A DNA stretch of 64,000 nt. Origin: Octopus sinensis (lineage: Eukaryota). The notes under the pieces were generated by a model. The model saw only the letters and a list, made by a program, of their open reading frames with translations. It made no database searches and was not told the DNA's origin. Of this stretch, positions 48,386 to 61,800 are shown piece after piece. The position numbers and the translations under genes were made by a program. The stretch covers positions 71,610,001-71,674,000 of the forward strand of contig NC_043003.1 of NCBI RefSeq assembly GCF_006345805.1. Direction: 5' to 3'. The stretch's first letter is position 1. Each line of letters opens with the position of its first letter.

Positions 48386-48492
48386 ATCACCTGAGGAGAC
48401 ACATCTACACTGATGGCTACACCTAAACCAAAATGTTCAGTATCCCAACCATGAGGAATCGATGCTAGATGGGTTGAAACAATTGTAGTGAT
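48386..48492 (+). ncRNA. Type I hammerhead motif (CUGAGGA core, long loop II)
   Basis: atcac CTGAGGA gacacatcta...tagatgggtt GAAA c-aatt-g TA gtgat; palindromic stem III acaattgt. Confidence 0.7.
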
Positions 48493-51400
48493 CAATAAAT
48501 ATTCTTGTATCTCCCATCTTCTGTCTCACTCATTAACCGCTGTCAAGAGGGAGTACTAATCTTTTAAACCATCAGTTGAAATGACATTGGGATCAACTTT
48601 CTTTTTTGCTTCTTCCACATTGATGAAATCAATGAGAATGCTATCAATCAAATATTATTAGCACTGACATTTTGTGTTATAGTGGTTAATCATAAATTTT
48701 AAGGAATCATTAGAAAAACAAGTGTCCTGACCAAGACTCGGAGACAGTAAAAATCAAAAACATATATATCTAAAAGAAAATTAAAATAATTAAGAGGAAT
48801 TAGAACTAAATTAATAATTATTTTAAAAATATACCTAATTATTAAAGCAGTTCCCATTTCCCAGATATTTGCAAGTTAAAGCTTGCAAAGCTTTAGAATG
48901 AAATAAAAATGAAGATATTTAGAACTTTATAATAAATTGCAGCAGAATCAGTGCTGTAACTTAAGGCTATTATCACATTCTTTATTTACTCTAAGAGGCT
49001 AGAACTCCTCTACACACTTCTCTTTTCAACCATGTGGTCTGCTTTCTCTTTCAATAATCTTCACAAGACCACTGGCTTGCATTTGTTATTTCCAATATGT
49101 TTGTTGTTGTACTGCTTCTCTCAATACTTTTCACTGCTACCAAGACAACTATTATTCATTGCATGGTACACATTGCAAGAATTAATCTCAAACTATTTTA
49201 TATGCTTGGAAAAATTGCCATCATTTACTATTAAGTAGAGCTCAGGCTGACTACAAAAAAGTGACACAACAGAAAGATTCTAGGACAGGGATGTGAAGGA
49301 AACAGTAAAATTTTGGATAAAATACCTCAAAGTATTTAGTTATGTTCCTTAACATTCAGAGATCAGATCTAACCAGTGACAGCTGTGATTTTCAATATTA
49401 CAATTACCAGTAAGTTTGGGGTCCATTTAGTCATTGCCAACAAACATGTAACCTTCCACCAATTTAAGAAATCATTAACTACACTACTTTAATAAACAGT
49501 TTTTCAATCTAGCACTAATTAGTCGGATTAAGAATATATCAACTTTTTATTTTACATCATTCCACTTATGTAAAAAAGGAGCTTGTCTTAAATCTTAGTT
49601 CCCCTCTCCAAATAATTTTTGTTAATTTCCAATTTCTATATTGTAAACATAATTGCTCTCTACATCATTACTTGTTCAAATCAGGAAGCCAGTTCTTTGG
49701 GCAAAAAAATTAGTTTACATTATACTTTTCATTCATTAGAAAATAATTTATCAGTTGTTCCACCTTCAGCTCTAGCTGTGCCAACACTCATACAAAATTA
49801 ATTAAAGGTGACACATCAAATGCATGTACAAATAACAGATGTCTAAATGGCCTTTGTTAAGTTTATCATCAAGATAAATTAAACATATTATCAATAATTA
49901 CAAATCTGAAATGTAATTTAATTACATACTTATAAATGAAATTACTTATTATATATCCCTAATAATTAGTAGCACTAGCAAAGAATTGTAAATCTTATGA
50001 TTACTTAAGAAAAGCTAGGCCTCTCTTCTTCAATCTTCTTTGTCTTTTGTTTATATTTGCCTTTCTTTCTCTATGTTTTTCCTCTTTTGTTTTTGCTGTC
50101 TCCTACAACATACCACTATTTTCCAGTCACTATTTGCTCACCCATTATCACTTGACAATAAGATGACACCACTGAGAAGGAATCCTTCAGCTCTTAGCAC
50201 TAATGTTGAGTCAATTTTTCCCATTATACTCACAGTTGTAACAAGTAGTAGCAGTTCTTCATACTTGCTGTCATTGTTGCTTTCTTTCCCTCTTTTCATA
50301 TCCAGCTTCTTTAGCAGAAAGTGTCCCTTCCTCCCACATATATAACTGGGTTCTCTGTCAAACACCATTGGTCTCCTTTATGGGCCTATGATAGGATACA
50401 ACTCAAAAATAAATTCATGGTCTTCCATACAGAACCCACTTAATTATTATTTTGTGTCACATCCAAACTCACAACCTGTTCATACTGATGCAAAGGTGTC
50501 CTAGGCATAACCCTGTCTGTCAATGTCCCAGATATGACCTTTGTGTTTTGTTGCCTTATATATTGCAGCACCAGGCTGTAAGCAGGAATGTGCTGCACCT
50601 ATCTGCCAGTCATCCCACATCATCCTTGACATTAAAGATGAGGCACACACTTCTATAAGCACACCCCAGACAATGGAACACATATCTTGCTGCCTAGTGT
50701 TACTTCTGACTGTTTATTTGGAAATACGTGGAGGCATCTTTCTTACTTCAGGAAAATCAGAGTTATATCGCTCACCAACGTTCTTGTTCCACATTGTAAT
50801 GAGCAAGGAGATTCTATCTTATGTTCTTTTCTTGCAGCCAACTTATTTTGAATACTGCCAATAATACTGCTGCTACTATTTAACGTATTTTTTATTTGTT
50901 AAATTGAAAATATTTGCTTCATCTACTCATTCAAATGTATATATTTTTTGCGCTTGTCTTTTGTTTATATATCTAGGTCATTGTTTTCAAGATTTGTTTC
51001 CTTGGGGATGACTATGTTTGTGACTTGCAACATTTACTGTCACAGCAGAAAAAGAAAAAAAAAAAGAATAGTAAAAACCTTTTTTCAAGTACAACATAGT
51101 AAAATCTGACATAAAAACATCCTTACTACTACTACTACTACTAATAATAATAATAATAATGATAATGAATAATAATTTTACATTAACTTTCTCTGCTGAG
51201 TAATAATAATAAAAATAATAATTTTTCCCACAAGAGCAAAGGCTACACATTTGTAGAAGAAATATAATCGATTGAATTGACCCTAACCATGATTTGTACG
51301 TATTTTATTGACTTTGAAAAGATGAAAGACAAAGTTAAGCCAGTAATATTTGAACATAGATTTAGTAATAGATGTTCTATCATTCCCCCCCCTCTCCAAG

Positions 51401-52344
51401 TAACTGCCATGATAATTATAACAACAGCATTAATAATAGTCCACTCATATTTCTTGTAAAGTAAATTTGTTATAAACTTATTGTGAAAGTTTAAAATAGA
51501 ATATTGGCTATTCACAAGCATTTCTTAGCAACAAAGTGCCATCACCATCATCATCATAATAATAATGATAACAATATATTTGAAGAGTTAATTATCTTCT
51601 TGATAGAAAATTCAGACAATGCATGCATATCAACCAAAACTCTATTTGATACATTGATAGCATGAACAAAAAGTAATTTTCATTTATAATACAAACACAC
51701 TCATTTCTTCCCTTTCAAACTAAGTCAGCTTATCCTGTTTTTGAATTTCATCTTCTGCCAATATACCTCCCCTAACTCTTCCTCTTTATCACTATTCTCA
51801 TGCTGTTTCTTAAGTGAACAGTTATTCACATCATGTGTCTCTATCTAGATGAATCTTAAACAGTACATCTCCTTTATTTAGGTCAATCTTTCAGTTTTCT
51901 GATATTTTAAAACTGAGTCTCTGTCTTTTTAAGTTAGTTTTTGTTATAAGCCAAACATACTACACCACTATTTATCACAAGTTTCATACAGCGATCACTA
52001 AAAATATCTTGTATGTGCATTGAAACACTAATCTAATCATACTGTAAGATGATCTAATTGACTCTGCTTTCAGATTGCTTACAACGGAAATGTTGCTCAC
52101 TCAATTCTAAAACAATCTGATACAAAGAAATTATTTAGTTTCTTTGTTGTTACCTAGTTTGTTTGCTATCTGACATACAAGAACAAAAAAAAAAAAAAAA
52201 AAAACTAAGCAGTATAGAAAAGATTAGCCAGTAGCATTTGGAAACTTTTAATAGGTTGGTTACAAAAAGGGCCTTATTATTTAGAGTTATTTTAAAACAA
52301 GTGAAATTATATAAGACATTATTACAAGGTTATATTAAATCAGG

Positions 52345-52632
52345 CAGTGCTACTCAAAGTGGTGGTCCACAGACTGATGTCAGTCTCCGAGCCATCAGTT
52401 ACCGGTACGTGGTGAGTTTCCAGAAAAGAAGGGAATATTATAAAATGCTTACGTAATATTGTATTATTTGTATGCAAAATAAATATAAGATGAAAAAAAT
52501 TGTCGACTTTTTTAATATTCATTATATATATTGTTTCCAGTATAAATTAATATTACTAAGAAATATTACTGGTCCCTGGCACATTGGAAAAAAACAGCGG
52601 GTATTCCACATCAGATAGTTTGAGAAGCACTG
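52345..52632. mobile_element. hAT (Charlie-like) MITE
   Basis: TIRs cagtgctactcaaa / tttgagaagcactg; TSD not conserved. Confidence 0.78.
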
Positions 52633-53304
52633 CTCTAAGGGATCCTTGAAGTCCTTTGGAGTATTTAGCCACTAAACTACAAGCCAATTAAATATCAGTT
52701 ATAAAGTATTCTCACATCAATGAACAATGCTTTTCTATGCAATCCATTTGCAGTAAAGTGGACTGAGCTATTAATTGTTGAGCATCTTTTACATACACAC
52801 ACACACTGCTATAACTGGTAAAAGAATACAAACTGCAAACTGTTCAAAGAACAGAGAAACATTAAAATCTTGGCCAACTTTAATAAATGACCTGTGACAA
52901 TTTTATGAAAAACAAATACATTTTAAGTGTGGCAATTGAAAATTGTACATCAGCAGTGTTAACACATGGAACTCAGACTGAAGAAAAAACAGGCTCAATC
53001 TCTGCTTCACAGCTAATGTGTTACTAGGTTATAAGTAACAATCCCATCTAGAAGCTGTAGATTCTCAATGAGAAATACAGCCTTTCAACCTCCACCATAC
53101 AACTTCCTCTCCTCTTCCCTGTTATCAGTCAGTTTCATATTTGCTATCAACTTTCTTCTTGTGTTTTTCTTGATGTTGCTCATTCACTTTTTCTTGATGA
53201 TATTCCTGTTACTAGGGCTTTGTCTGTGCATGACAATATTAATTAGAGATAGGGTGTCATAATGTTCTATTAAATATTATACATGATATAACAAAGTAAA
53301 ACTG

Positions 53305-53470
53305 ATGCTGGTGTGTTTACATCCCCATAACTTAGCAGTTCGGCAAAAGAGACTAATAGAATAAGTACTAGGCTTACAAAGAATAAGTCCTGGGGTCGAT
53401 TTGCTCAACTAAAGGCAGTGCTCCAGCATGGCCACAGTCAAATGACTGAAACAAGTAAAAGAGAATAAAA
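53305..53470 (+). mobile_element. SINE family B, 3' half
   Basis: gaataagtactaggcttacaaagaataagtcctggggtcgat...ggcagtgctccagcatggccacagtcaaatgactgaaac. Confidence 0.9.
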
Positions 53471-53478
53471 GGGAATAC

Positions 53479-54340
53479 CTAAGTTTTGACATCATCTCCT
53501 TCAAAATGGTCACCTTGCACAGCAATATACCGGTCCCAGTGTTCTTGTACTTTTTGTAATCTAGCCTGGAAGTCATTTTCTGTAAGCAAACCAAAGACCT
53601 TCTGTGATTCATTCTGGACCTCAACAATGTTGTTAAAATGGGGACCTTTGAGCTGCATTTTCATCTCGTGGAAGAGATGGAAGGATGGGTGTAGAAGCAA
53701 TACCATGTTGTTTTTGGTGAAGAACTCACAAGAGAGGAGAGCTCAGTGACATGGTGCATTGTCATCATCCAGAATCCAATTCTTCATGCTCCACAAATGT
53801 GGTCACTTTCGCTGAATGCCACCCACCCCTCAAATGCTTCAAAATGTTGCAGTAGAACTTTTGATTGACAGTCTGGCCCTAGGGAATGAATTCTTGATGC
53901 ACAATACCAAGGATTTCAAAAAATACTGACAAACATATTCTTGATTGAGCTGTGGCTCTGTTGTGCCTTCTTTAGTTATGGAGATGAAGGGCTCATCCAT
54001 TGTGATGACTGCTGCTTCATCTCAGGGTCTTACCCGCACACACAACTCTCATCACCAGTGATAATCCTTGACATGAAGGATGGGTCATCAGTAGCATGCT
54101 GATGGAGATCTTGACAGACTTTGACGCGAGGTTCTTTCTGCTCAACAGTCAGCAGGTGGGGGACAAACTTGACAAAGACATGCTGCATGTTCAATTCAGA
54201 CATTAGGATTGCCTGCACAAGCTGATGAATTTTCTCCATTGCTTTGGGGGTCATATTCGTGGTAGGTCTTTTGGATCACTCATTGTCTTCCAGAAATGTT
54301 CTGCTTTTGAAGCACCTATACCACTCAAAACATTGCTTAC
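53479..54340 (-). mobile_element. Mariner transposase remnant
   Basis: KFVPHLLTVEQKE.RVKVCQDL....IITGDES and LF.EMKMQLKG.HF...WD.YIAVQGDHFEGD. Confidence 0.85.
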
Positions 54341-54397
54341 CTCATAGATACAAACCTGTCTATCTACATACATTTATACATATATATGTTATTTAAT

Positions 54398-54536
54398 AAA
54401 CAGGTGTGGCAGTGTGGTAAGAAGTTTGCTTCCCAACCACACGGCCCCAGGTTCAGTCCCACCTTGGGCAAGCATCTTCTACAATAGCCTTGAGCCTTGT
54501 AAGTGGATTTGGTAGACAGAAACTGAAAGAAGCCTG

Positions 54537-54576
<40 letters not shown>

Positions 54577-54700
54577 GTTTGTGTGTATCTGTTTGTCCCA
54601 CTACCATCACTTCACAACCAATGCTGGTGTGTTTATGTCTCCATAACTTAGTGGTTCAGCAAAAGAGACCAGTGCAATAAGTACTAGGCTTACAAAGAAT
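54398..54700 (+). mobile_element. SINE family B
   Basis: gtggtaagaagtttgcttcccaaccacacggccccaggttcagtccc...aataagtactaggcttacaaagaataa. Confidence 0.87.
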
Positions 54701-54809
54701 AAAACACAGCAGCATATAAAAGCATATATTGTGTTTATTAAATAATATTCATCTCTCACCAGATGGAGTACTTTTTTTGTTGATCTTACCATCATGAAAC
54801 AATACACTA

Positions 54810-54850
<41 letters not shown>

Positions 54851-54949
54851 TGTTTTTGGCATCCTTTTGTCTTGGGAGACAATGGAGTTGCACATAGAGT
54901 AATCCAGTCTGGTTTTCACATTCCATGCCATTTACATTATATATATATA

Positions 54950-55349
54950 TCTTTATATATAAAAGTGAGGTTGTGTGCTGTCTGTCTCCTATGATTTAGA
55001 TTCCTAACTACTCCCACATTTTGCGGTGCAGTGTAACCAAAAGCGGGTATCTTATAGTCGTGATTCATATTGAGCCCTTCTGAGTATTAGCACGTGTCTA
55101 CGATGAGTCTACAATTTAAAAAATAATTTACCATCATTTTTTTCCATTTTAATGCATTTTTTCGCTATTATATAAGGGAAGTAACTCTCTAAAAATGTCT
55201 ACGATGAGTCAACGATTAAAAAAAAATTTACCATCATTTTTTTTCCATTTTTGATACATTTTTTTGCTATTTTTTGGCTATAACTCTCTAAAAATGCTTA
55301 TATAGTTATTTCCCTTACAAACCCGAGCAACGCCGGGCGATACTGCTAG
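54950..55349 (+). mobile_element. Non-autonomous Helitron-type element, copy 2
   Basis: Same A|TC start, hairpin and CTAG|T end as 47238-47635. Confidence 0.88.
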
Positions 55350-56164
55350 TATATATATAAATTATTAAAGAGGATAACAAACATTAAGGCAAAGCAAACA
55401 TCTCAAGTCATATACATTATTATTATTATTGGAAAAAAAATTCAGAGTCTTACAGCTATTTCAAAAATTCAGTGACTGGTTGATGCAATAATGTGTATAA
55501 CACAAACAGGTGTGCATACTGATGTAGTAATATACATCAAACATGAACACATAAACATGAAATGTGAGTATATCCAAGACAGAGGCATTGAAGTGTCAAA
55601 TTTTTTCATCTGAAGAAGGAGTGGCAAAAATGTGATTTCTCTAGTGGCAGACTGATATTCAAGGGCATGGAAGCATTGATAAAAAACTGAAGGATGAGGG
55701 GATAGTGTTTGTGAGGTAGAAATAGTGATAGTAAGAATGATTATGAAATCTAGATAGATGTAAGAAAAGTGAAAGAATGAGAGTAGAAAAGAGAAAATTA
55801 AGGAAAAACAAAAAAAAATAATGGAAAAGAAAAAATAGCAGAAAAAAAAAGCAGAGAAAAGATGAAAGGGGTATAGTCAGTTTGAAAGAACTGGACTAGT
55901 CAAGCATTATCATAAATCAGAATTTGATAAAGACATAGTATAGGTGAAATATCATGTTCTTTAAAAGTAAAGAATGAAAGAGACAATTTAGGTATTTCTT
56001 TCTAAGTGGTGGCCTAAATACAGAATAAGCATCCAAGCATGTAGACAATACAAGGCAGGAACCACAGTGAAAGTGTAAAAAGCAAAGAGAAAATACAATA
56101 GAATGGGAGGGATGAAACATATAATTATAAATATGATTTTAAAGTATTATAGGAGTAAAAGCAT

Positions 56165-56540
56165 TCTTTTATTTTATTCATTTACTTCTTTCAGTCATTT
56201 GACTGCAGCCATGCTGGAGCACCACCTAACAAATCAACCCCAGGACTTATTCTTTATAAGCCTAGTACATTTTGCAATGGTCTCTTTTGCTGAACTGCTA
56301 AGTTACAGGGACACCAACTTCAGTTGTCAAGGAATGGTGGGGTGGGGATGGGGGGGACAAACACAGACACACAAACGTATACATAAATATAGATACATAC
56401 AACAGGTTGCTTTCAGTTTCCGTCTACCAAATCCACTCACAAGGCTTCAGCCTGAGGCTAGTAGAAGACACTTACCCAATGTTCCATGCAGTGGTACTGA
56501 ACCTGGAACCATGTGGTTGGGAAGCAAGCTTCTTACCATA
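56165..56540 (-). mobile_element. SINE family B
   Basis: Tail ggtggtgctccagcatggctgcagtcaaatgactgaaag; head ggttccaggttcagtacc. Confidence 0.85.
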
Positions 56541-57244
56541 TTATAATTCTAATTAGATCTATTTCAATTTATGGTAAAATATAAAGAGAAGGATATATAA
56601 GAAGCTAAGACAAGGGTGTTAGGTTAAATCATATGTTATTTAAGATGATTGGAGAATACTGATCTACAATAAAAAGTAGATCTTTTAAAAAGCAATGACC
56701 ACAGATTGTAATTGCATCTCACTTAAGGAGAAAATTCCAATCCTCTTGTAATATTTCCAGAGATTCCCTACTGCACAGATAGCATGCAGTGTAGCCTTCT
56801 TGATAAAGTGTTCCAGTCTTAATAACAAATCACGTAAATCTCATAGGATTTTCTTAGCCAGGAGATGATGGATATAATTTGCTTATGTGGTGGAATACTT
56901 GCATTTAGTGCTAGAAAATGAGCTAAGTATTGTCTCTTGGAATTGACAGAGAATTCTAATGTATATTTTAGTTAAATTCTTGTGCTTGATATAAACAGTA
57001 CATTTGTAGACTATGTTACATTGCAAGCAATAACCACCCAGAGAATAAACTGTTGGGTATTCCAAAATTACAGTTATTCATATCACATGTTAAATTGCTG
57101 TTAGCAATGATATATTTATTATTAATATATCAATACTTCACACTATTATCACTAATACTGTGAATACTATAAATGTAATTATTACTATTAATATAAAATA
57201 ATTATTGCAATAATTGTAATAATATAACATTGATGGTATTGTAA

Positions 57245-57790
57245 TTAACACCAATGGCTTGTAAGGTCTGTATGAAATATGAAGATGCAGTAAATAAAGT
57301 GAGAATCAATAATGATTTCAGTGATGGTATTTGTGTGAAAGTAGTTCATCAAAGCTCAGTTCTCAGCCCACTTCTACTCATAATAATCCTACAGGCAACA
57401 AAAGAGGAGTTTAAGACATGCCTATGGGAACTCAACAAGCTTTGAGCTAGATCTCATAGCAAAATTTATAGTGGGATTAGAGAGGAAATTTTAGATATGG
57501 AAGGTAAAACTAAAATTGAGAGGCCTCAAGGTAAACTTAACAAATGTTAAAGTTTTAATAAGTAAGAAAGAAGATAGGACTCTGGTATCTTCTAGCTTGA
57601 TATACAGAAAAGGAGTAGATATAAACTTCATATGTTGTATTCAATGTAAGACCTGGACACACTAGAGGTATAGAGGAATCACAAGCAGATTAAAAGGAAA
57701 AGTAACCTTTGCATTTAACATATGCACTAGAGCAAGATGTACTATGAATGCATTGAAATGGGTTCTCTTAAATGCTCGTATGATGCATGA
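57245..57790 (+). mobile_element. RTE reverse transcriptase fragment (C-terminal half)
   Basis: YEDAVNKVRINNDFSDG..VKV.HQSSVLSPLLLIIILQA..EEFKT.CLWEL. Confidence 0.75.
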
Positions 57791-57859
57791 GGCATTCTGG
57801 ATTGGAAGACAGCATATCAGAGAGAATCAAGATGTTGTGGGAGAGAAGTGAGTAGGAAT

Positions 57860-58570
57860 AAATAACAGTTTACTTGAATTTAGTTATTCTGAAAAGAGGC
57901 ATAGAAATGCTATGATGAAAGGCTATTAAACACAGAGATGGTTTGGGAGAGAGAGAGCCTTCCAAATGTTTACCCAACAAAGAGACCAGAAGTAAGATGG
58001 ATAAAGGAATTAATGTTATGAGAACAGGGAAAGCCTCTGGTTTATCAGGAATTACTACCCAGATGCTTGAAATATCTGGCAAAGTGGGATAAGACTTTGT
58101 CACCCATAATCTGGTTGCACAAGGGTGACACAGCAGCATTGTGGTAAACAGTTACAAGGATAAAGGAGATGTTTTAGAGAGGAGTAAACATAGAAGTAAC
58201 AAATTGTTGGACAAGGTCACAAAAGTTACAGAAAGATTGTAAATCAGCTAATTAGGAAGAGATTACGACTAGATGAGATGCAGTTCGGTTTTATTCCGGA
58301 CAGAAGTACTATTGATACTCTCTTCCTAGTAAGGCAGCTATGGGAGAAGTATTTACCTAAAAGTAAACCTCTGTACTTGACTTTTGTTGACTTGGTTCAC
58401 CACACCCTGACTTGGTAGTCACTGTGGAAGCTAGCAGTAGACAAATGGCTGGCAAAAGCCATCCAAATCATGTACAAGAGTGCTGTCAGTAAGGTGAGAC
58501 ATAGCAATGAGTACTGTGAAGAATTTAGTGAATAGGTAGAAGTTCACTAGAATTTGACTCTCAGTTACTT
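57860..58570 (+). mobile_element. RTE reverse transcriptase fragment (N-terminal half)
   Basis: GKASGLSGI..MLEISGKVG; LDEMQFGFIPDRSTIDTLFLVRQLWEKYL.KSKPLYLTFVDL; VSKVR. Confidence 0.78.
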
Positions 58571-59639
58571 CTTATTTATCATTATAGCAACGATTAAACT
58601 CAGGTGGTTGAGCCTTACAAAGAAGATGATAAAAGATTGAGATGACTGATGATTCACTGTGCTCAACAAATTACATCCATCTCAGCAAAAATGAGGTCCT
58701 ATTAGAATATCATTATGTCTATGTCCTCATTCTAATCTGTCCCTTTCAAAATTTTATGTAACTCATTTTTGTAATAGCTGTCCCTCTTTCAACCCTCTAA
58801 CTATGGCACAATATCCTCAGCTGTTGTAATTATATGAGAGCAGAACTGTGCATATTCCATCCTACAGTTTGTGTTACGCTCTCTTTAAAACCACTTCCCT
58901 TGCCATCCATTCTGAACTCACAGCATCATCTATTGCCACCTTATTTTCCATTAAACACCCATTTTTCTTCAACATCCTCTCATATAAGCCATCAATACTC
59001 CCATCCTATTTTGTCCCTATACCCATCTTACATGTCTCTGACCGCCATCTCTGTAATTGCACATCTTCTCTCCCCCACGCATTTCATATCATTTCCCTAT
59101 TTCTCATCTTTGCAATTTTATTATAATGTTGTTCTCACCTTTGTTATGTATTGCTATCTATCACCTCCTCCTTTACTACTATTTTATATTACCTTTCCCT
59201 AAATAGAGATTCACCACAGATTTCACTTCCCACCATGTTCACCAGTCTCTGCATTCACCTCCATCATCATCCCTACTGTCTGTCACTCTTCTTTCAAAAT
59301 TTTGTGAACCACTTACATAACCATTCTTGATTCCCTATTCCTATTCCATTTTTATACACCTTCTCGTACCTTTAATGGAAAACATATCTCATTTTCACTA
59401 AATTTTCTCCTTTTCCTGCAGGGCTAACCATGTATTTCATCTACAGTATGACACCTGATTTTGCCCCTCTTTTATATGTTAGCATCTCATCCTTTAGTCT
59501 TGTTAAGGACATGACATGACACACTATTGCTGGGACCATGAAAAAATGTGACCAAAACAGATCAGGAAGTGGAAAAAGCATCCAGCCACAAAAAGTAAAC
59601 TAGATATGAGTGAGATGTAGCCCGTCAATGTATGATTAA

Positions 59640-59915
59640 GACACACACACATACACATACACACAATGAGCTTGTTTCAGTTTCTGCCTGCCAAATCCAT
59701 TTACAAAGCTTTGGTCAGACTGGGGGACTGAAACTGCAACCATGTGGTCGAGAAGCAAACTTCTTATCTCACACTCACACTCTTATATGTCTACAGGCAC
59801 TGGCATGGATGTGCAGTTAGAAGTTTGCTTACAAACCATATGGTTTTAGGTTCAAAGGTTTAATCCCATAATGTGACACCTTGGACAGGTGCCTTCAACT
59901 ATAGCCCAGAGCCAA
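59640..59915. mobile_element. Two SINE family B head fragments in opposite orientation
   Basis: Minus copy ~59640-59790 and plus copy ~59800-59915. Confidence 0.7.
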
Positions 59916-59936
59916 TTGATCATCATCATTGTTTAA

Positions 59937-60152
59937 CCCTTTCGTTACTGTATTTATTTTGAGATGCTCTGTGTTTCTTTCAATTATTTTAAATATAACA
60001 AAGAATTTAGTAAAATAACTTAGATATCATTCAGCTAGTGTTAGGAACATAAATTGTGACTAAGGTTTGGAGGAAGATTTTAATTCAAAACTTATGCAAA
60101 CAAGACAATTGTAGAGCCAGAGCCAGTTTCAGCTGGGTTGGTAATGAAAGGG
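59937..60152. mobile_element. TTAA-flanked (piggyBac-type) MITE inserted in an RTE tail
   Basis: ttaa|ccctttcgttac ... gtaatgaaaggg|ttaa. Confidence 0.85.
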
Positions 60153-60156
60153 TTAA

Positions 60157-60365
60157 TGTCCATTTTTTATTATGCTAGCATGGGTTGGGTGGTTTGACAG
60201 GAGCTGGTTATCCAGAGAGCTGCACCAAGTTCTACTCATCTGTTTTGGCAAGGTTTCTACAGCTGAATACCTTTCCTAATGCCAACCACTTTATAGAGTA
60301 TATTGGATGCCTTTTACATGGCACCAGCATGGGTGCTTTTTATGTGGCACTAGCATGGGTTCTTT
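60157..60365 (-). mobile_element. RTE 3' UTR fragment (tail continues at ~59918-59936)
   Basis: Minus strand ggcattaggaaaggtattcagctgtagaaac...cccatgctagcat. Confidence 0.75.
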
Positions 60366-60634
60366 TTACATATATGTGTATGTGTGTTACTATGTCCTTG
60401 CTTTGATTTTGTGTGGTAGTTGTAAACAATCACTATGCCAGTACTCCATTTCCAATCTTCTGAGAAAATATCAGGTCATGGAAAAAATTTTGATCTTCCT
60501 TGGAAATGGATGGTGGGTAGGGCAGGAAGGGAATACAGCTGAAGAAATACCTTTCACTACAAATTCTGCCCAATCCACATTGGTAGGGAATAGTGGAAAT
60601 TAAAACAAGGAGGAGGATATGGCATATATATCAT

Positions 60635-60900
60635 ACTAGAGAAAAGCAGGGATCAACAAAAACCCATTTTCCTTGTTTTTTATGACTTAAAGAAAGGCCT
60701 TTGATAGAATTGGAAGATCTGCTATGTGGAAAGTTCTACATCATTTTGGATGTCCTGATCACTTTATCTCTTTGTATGGTTCAATGCATGACTATATCTG
60801 GATATGTATTCCACCAAAACATGTCAGAAGGATTTCCAGTCATATGAGCACTAAAACAAGGATGCATCTTGGTACCTATGCTATTCTACTCATATCTGGC
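60635..60900 (+). mobile_element. RTE-type RT fragment
   Basis: LEKSRDQQNPF.LFFYDLKK.AFDRIGRSAMWKVLHHFGCPDHFISL. Confidence 0.7.
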
Positions 60901-61594
60901 TGCAATGCTTCAGTCCAGGAATTGATATTAGACATCAGTATGAGCTGTATGTTAGATGTTTAGATCAAAGTCTACTAAGACTGAAAATTCCTCCGTCATA
61001 CTGTTTTTATAATTTCTATTACTTTTTGCTAACACAGAACAAAATGAGTGTCCTTAGATCCTACTTACTAACTATAGTATGATCTTAATGTCAAAGCAAA
61101 GTTGAAAGGCAAACAGATACATTCTACCTCAGAATGAAAGGAATATAATTAAATATTACAAGACATTTAGTCATGCTGTCTTCTCATTTTGCAAAATTCT
61201 CCTTCATGGTTTCATAAATTATATATTATATATACAAGTGGATTATATATATAGTGTGTAAAGCAACATATTCATAGTTACCCTTATTTGCATCCTTTGG
61301 TCAATCTGAATTAATACTACATTGCATGTTTCCTCAGATATACAAAATTTTAATATTTTCCATTAAGTTATAATACTTCTTTAGTTGACGTCACTCAATC
61401 GTAAATCCCTGCAACTTAAGTCTACTCAATAGAAACAAAGTTTTGTCTTTGATTTTCAGACATCTAAGACTACTTAATGCTTTTCCTTCCAAATTTGTTT
61501 CTTTATTTATCTTACTTCAGTGAATCCTTCATTGGTTAGTTTGGCACATACTATTATTATTATTATCATCATCACCATCATCATTGTCATCCTT

Positions 61595-61800
61595 AAGGTT
61601 GTGAGCTGGCAGAATTGCATGCTGAACAAAGTGCTCATTGGATTTCTTCCAGTTTTACATTCTGAGTTTGAATTCTGCCAAGGTTGACTTCACCTTTTAC
61701 TCTTTTGTGGGTTGATGAAATAAATACCAGTTGTGCACTGAGGTTGATATAGTTTACTAGCTTCCTCCCCAAAACTTCAGGCCTTGTGCCTATAGTAGAA
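61595..61800 (+). mobile_element. SINE family A with (ATT)n tail
   Basis: gtgagctggcagaattg...gagtttgaattctgccaaggttgactt...ggccttgtgcctatagtagaaagaattatt. Confidence 0.82.

Larger units (their letters stand above)
47790..48510. repeat. Fold-back unit with ~240-bp diverged inverted arms (47790-48030 / 48275-48510)
   Basis: Arms align in opposite orientation at roughly 80 percent by eye; each carries a hammerhead. Confidence 0.88.

Noticed and set aside
56690-57070. Possible old CR1/L2 fragment on the minus strand
   Set aside because: Motifs too degraded to support by eye.
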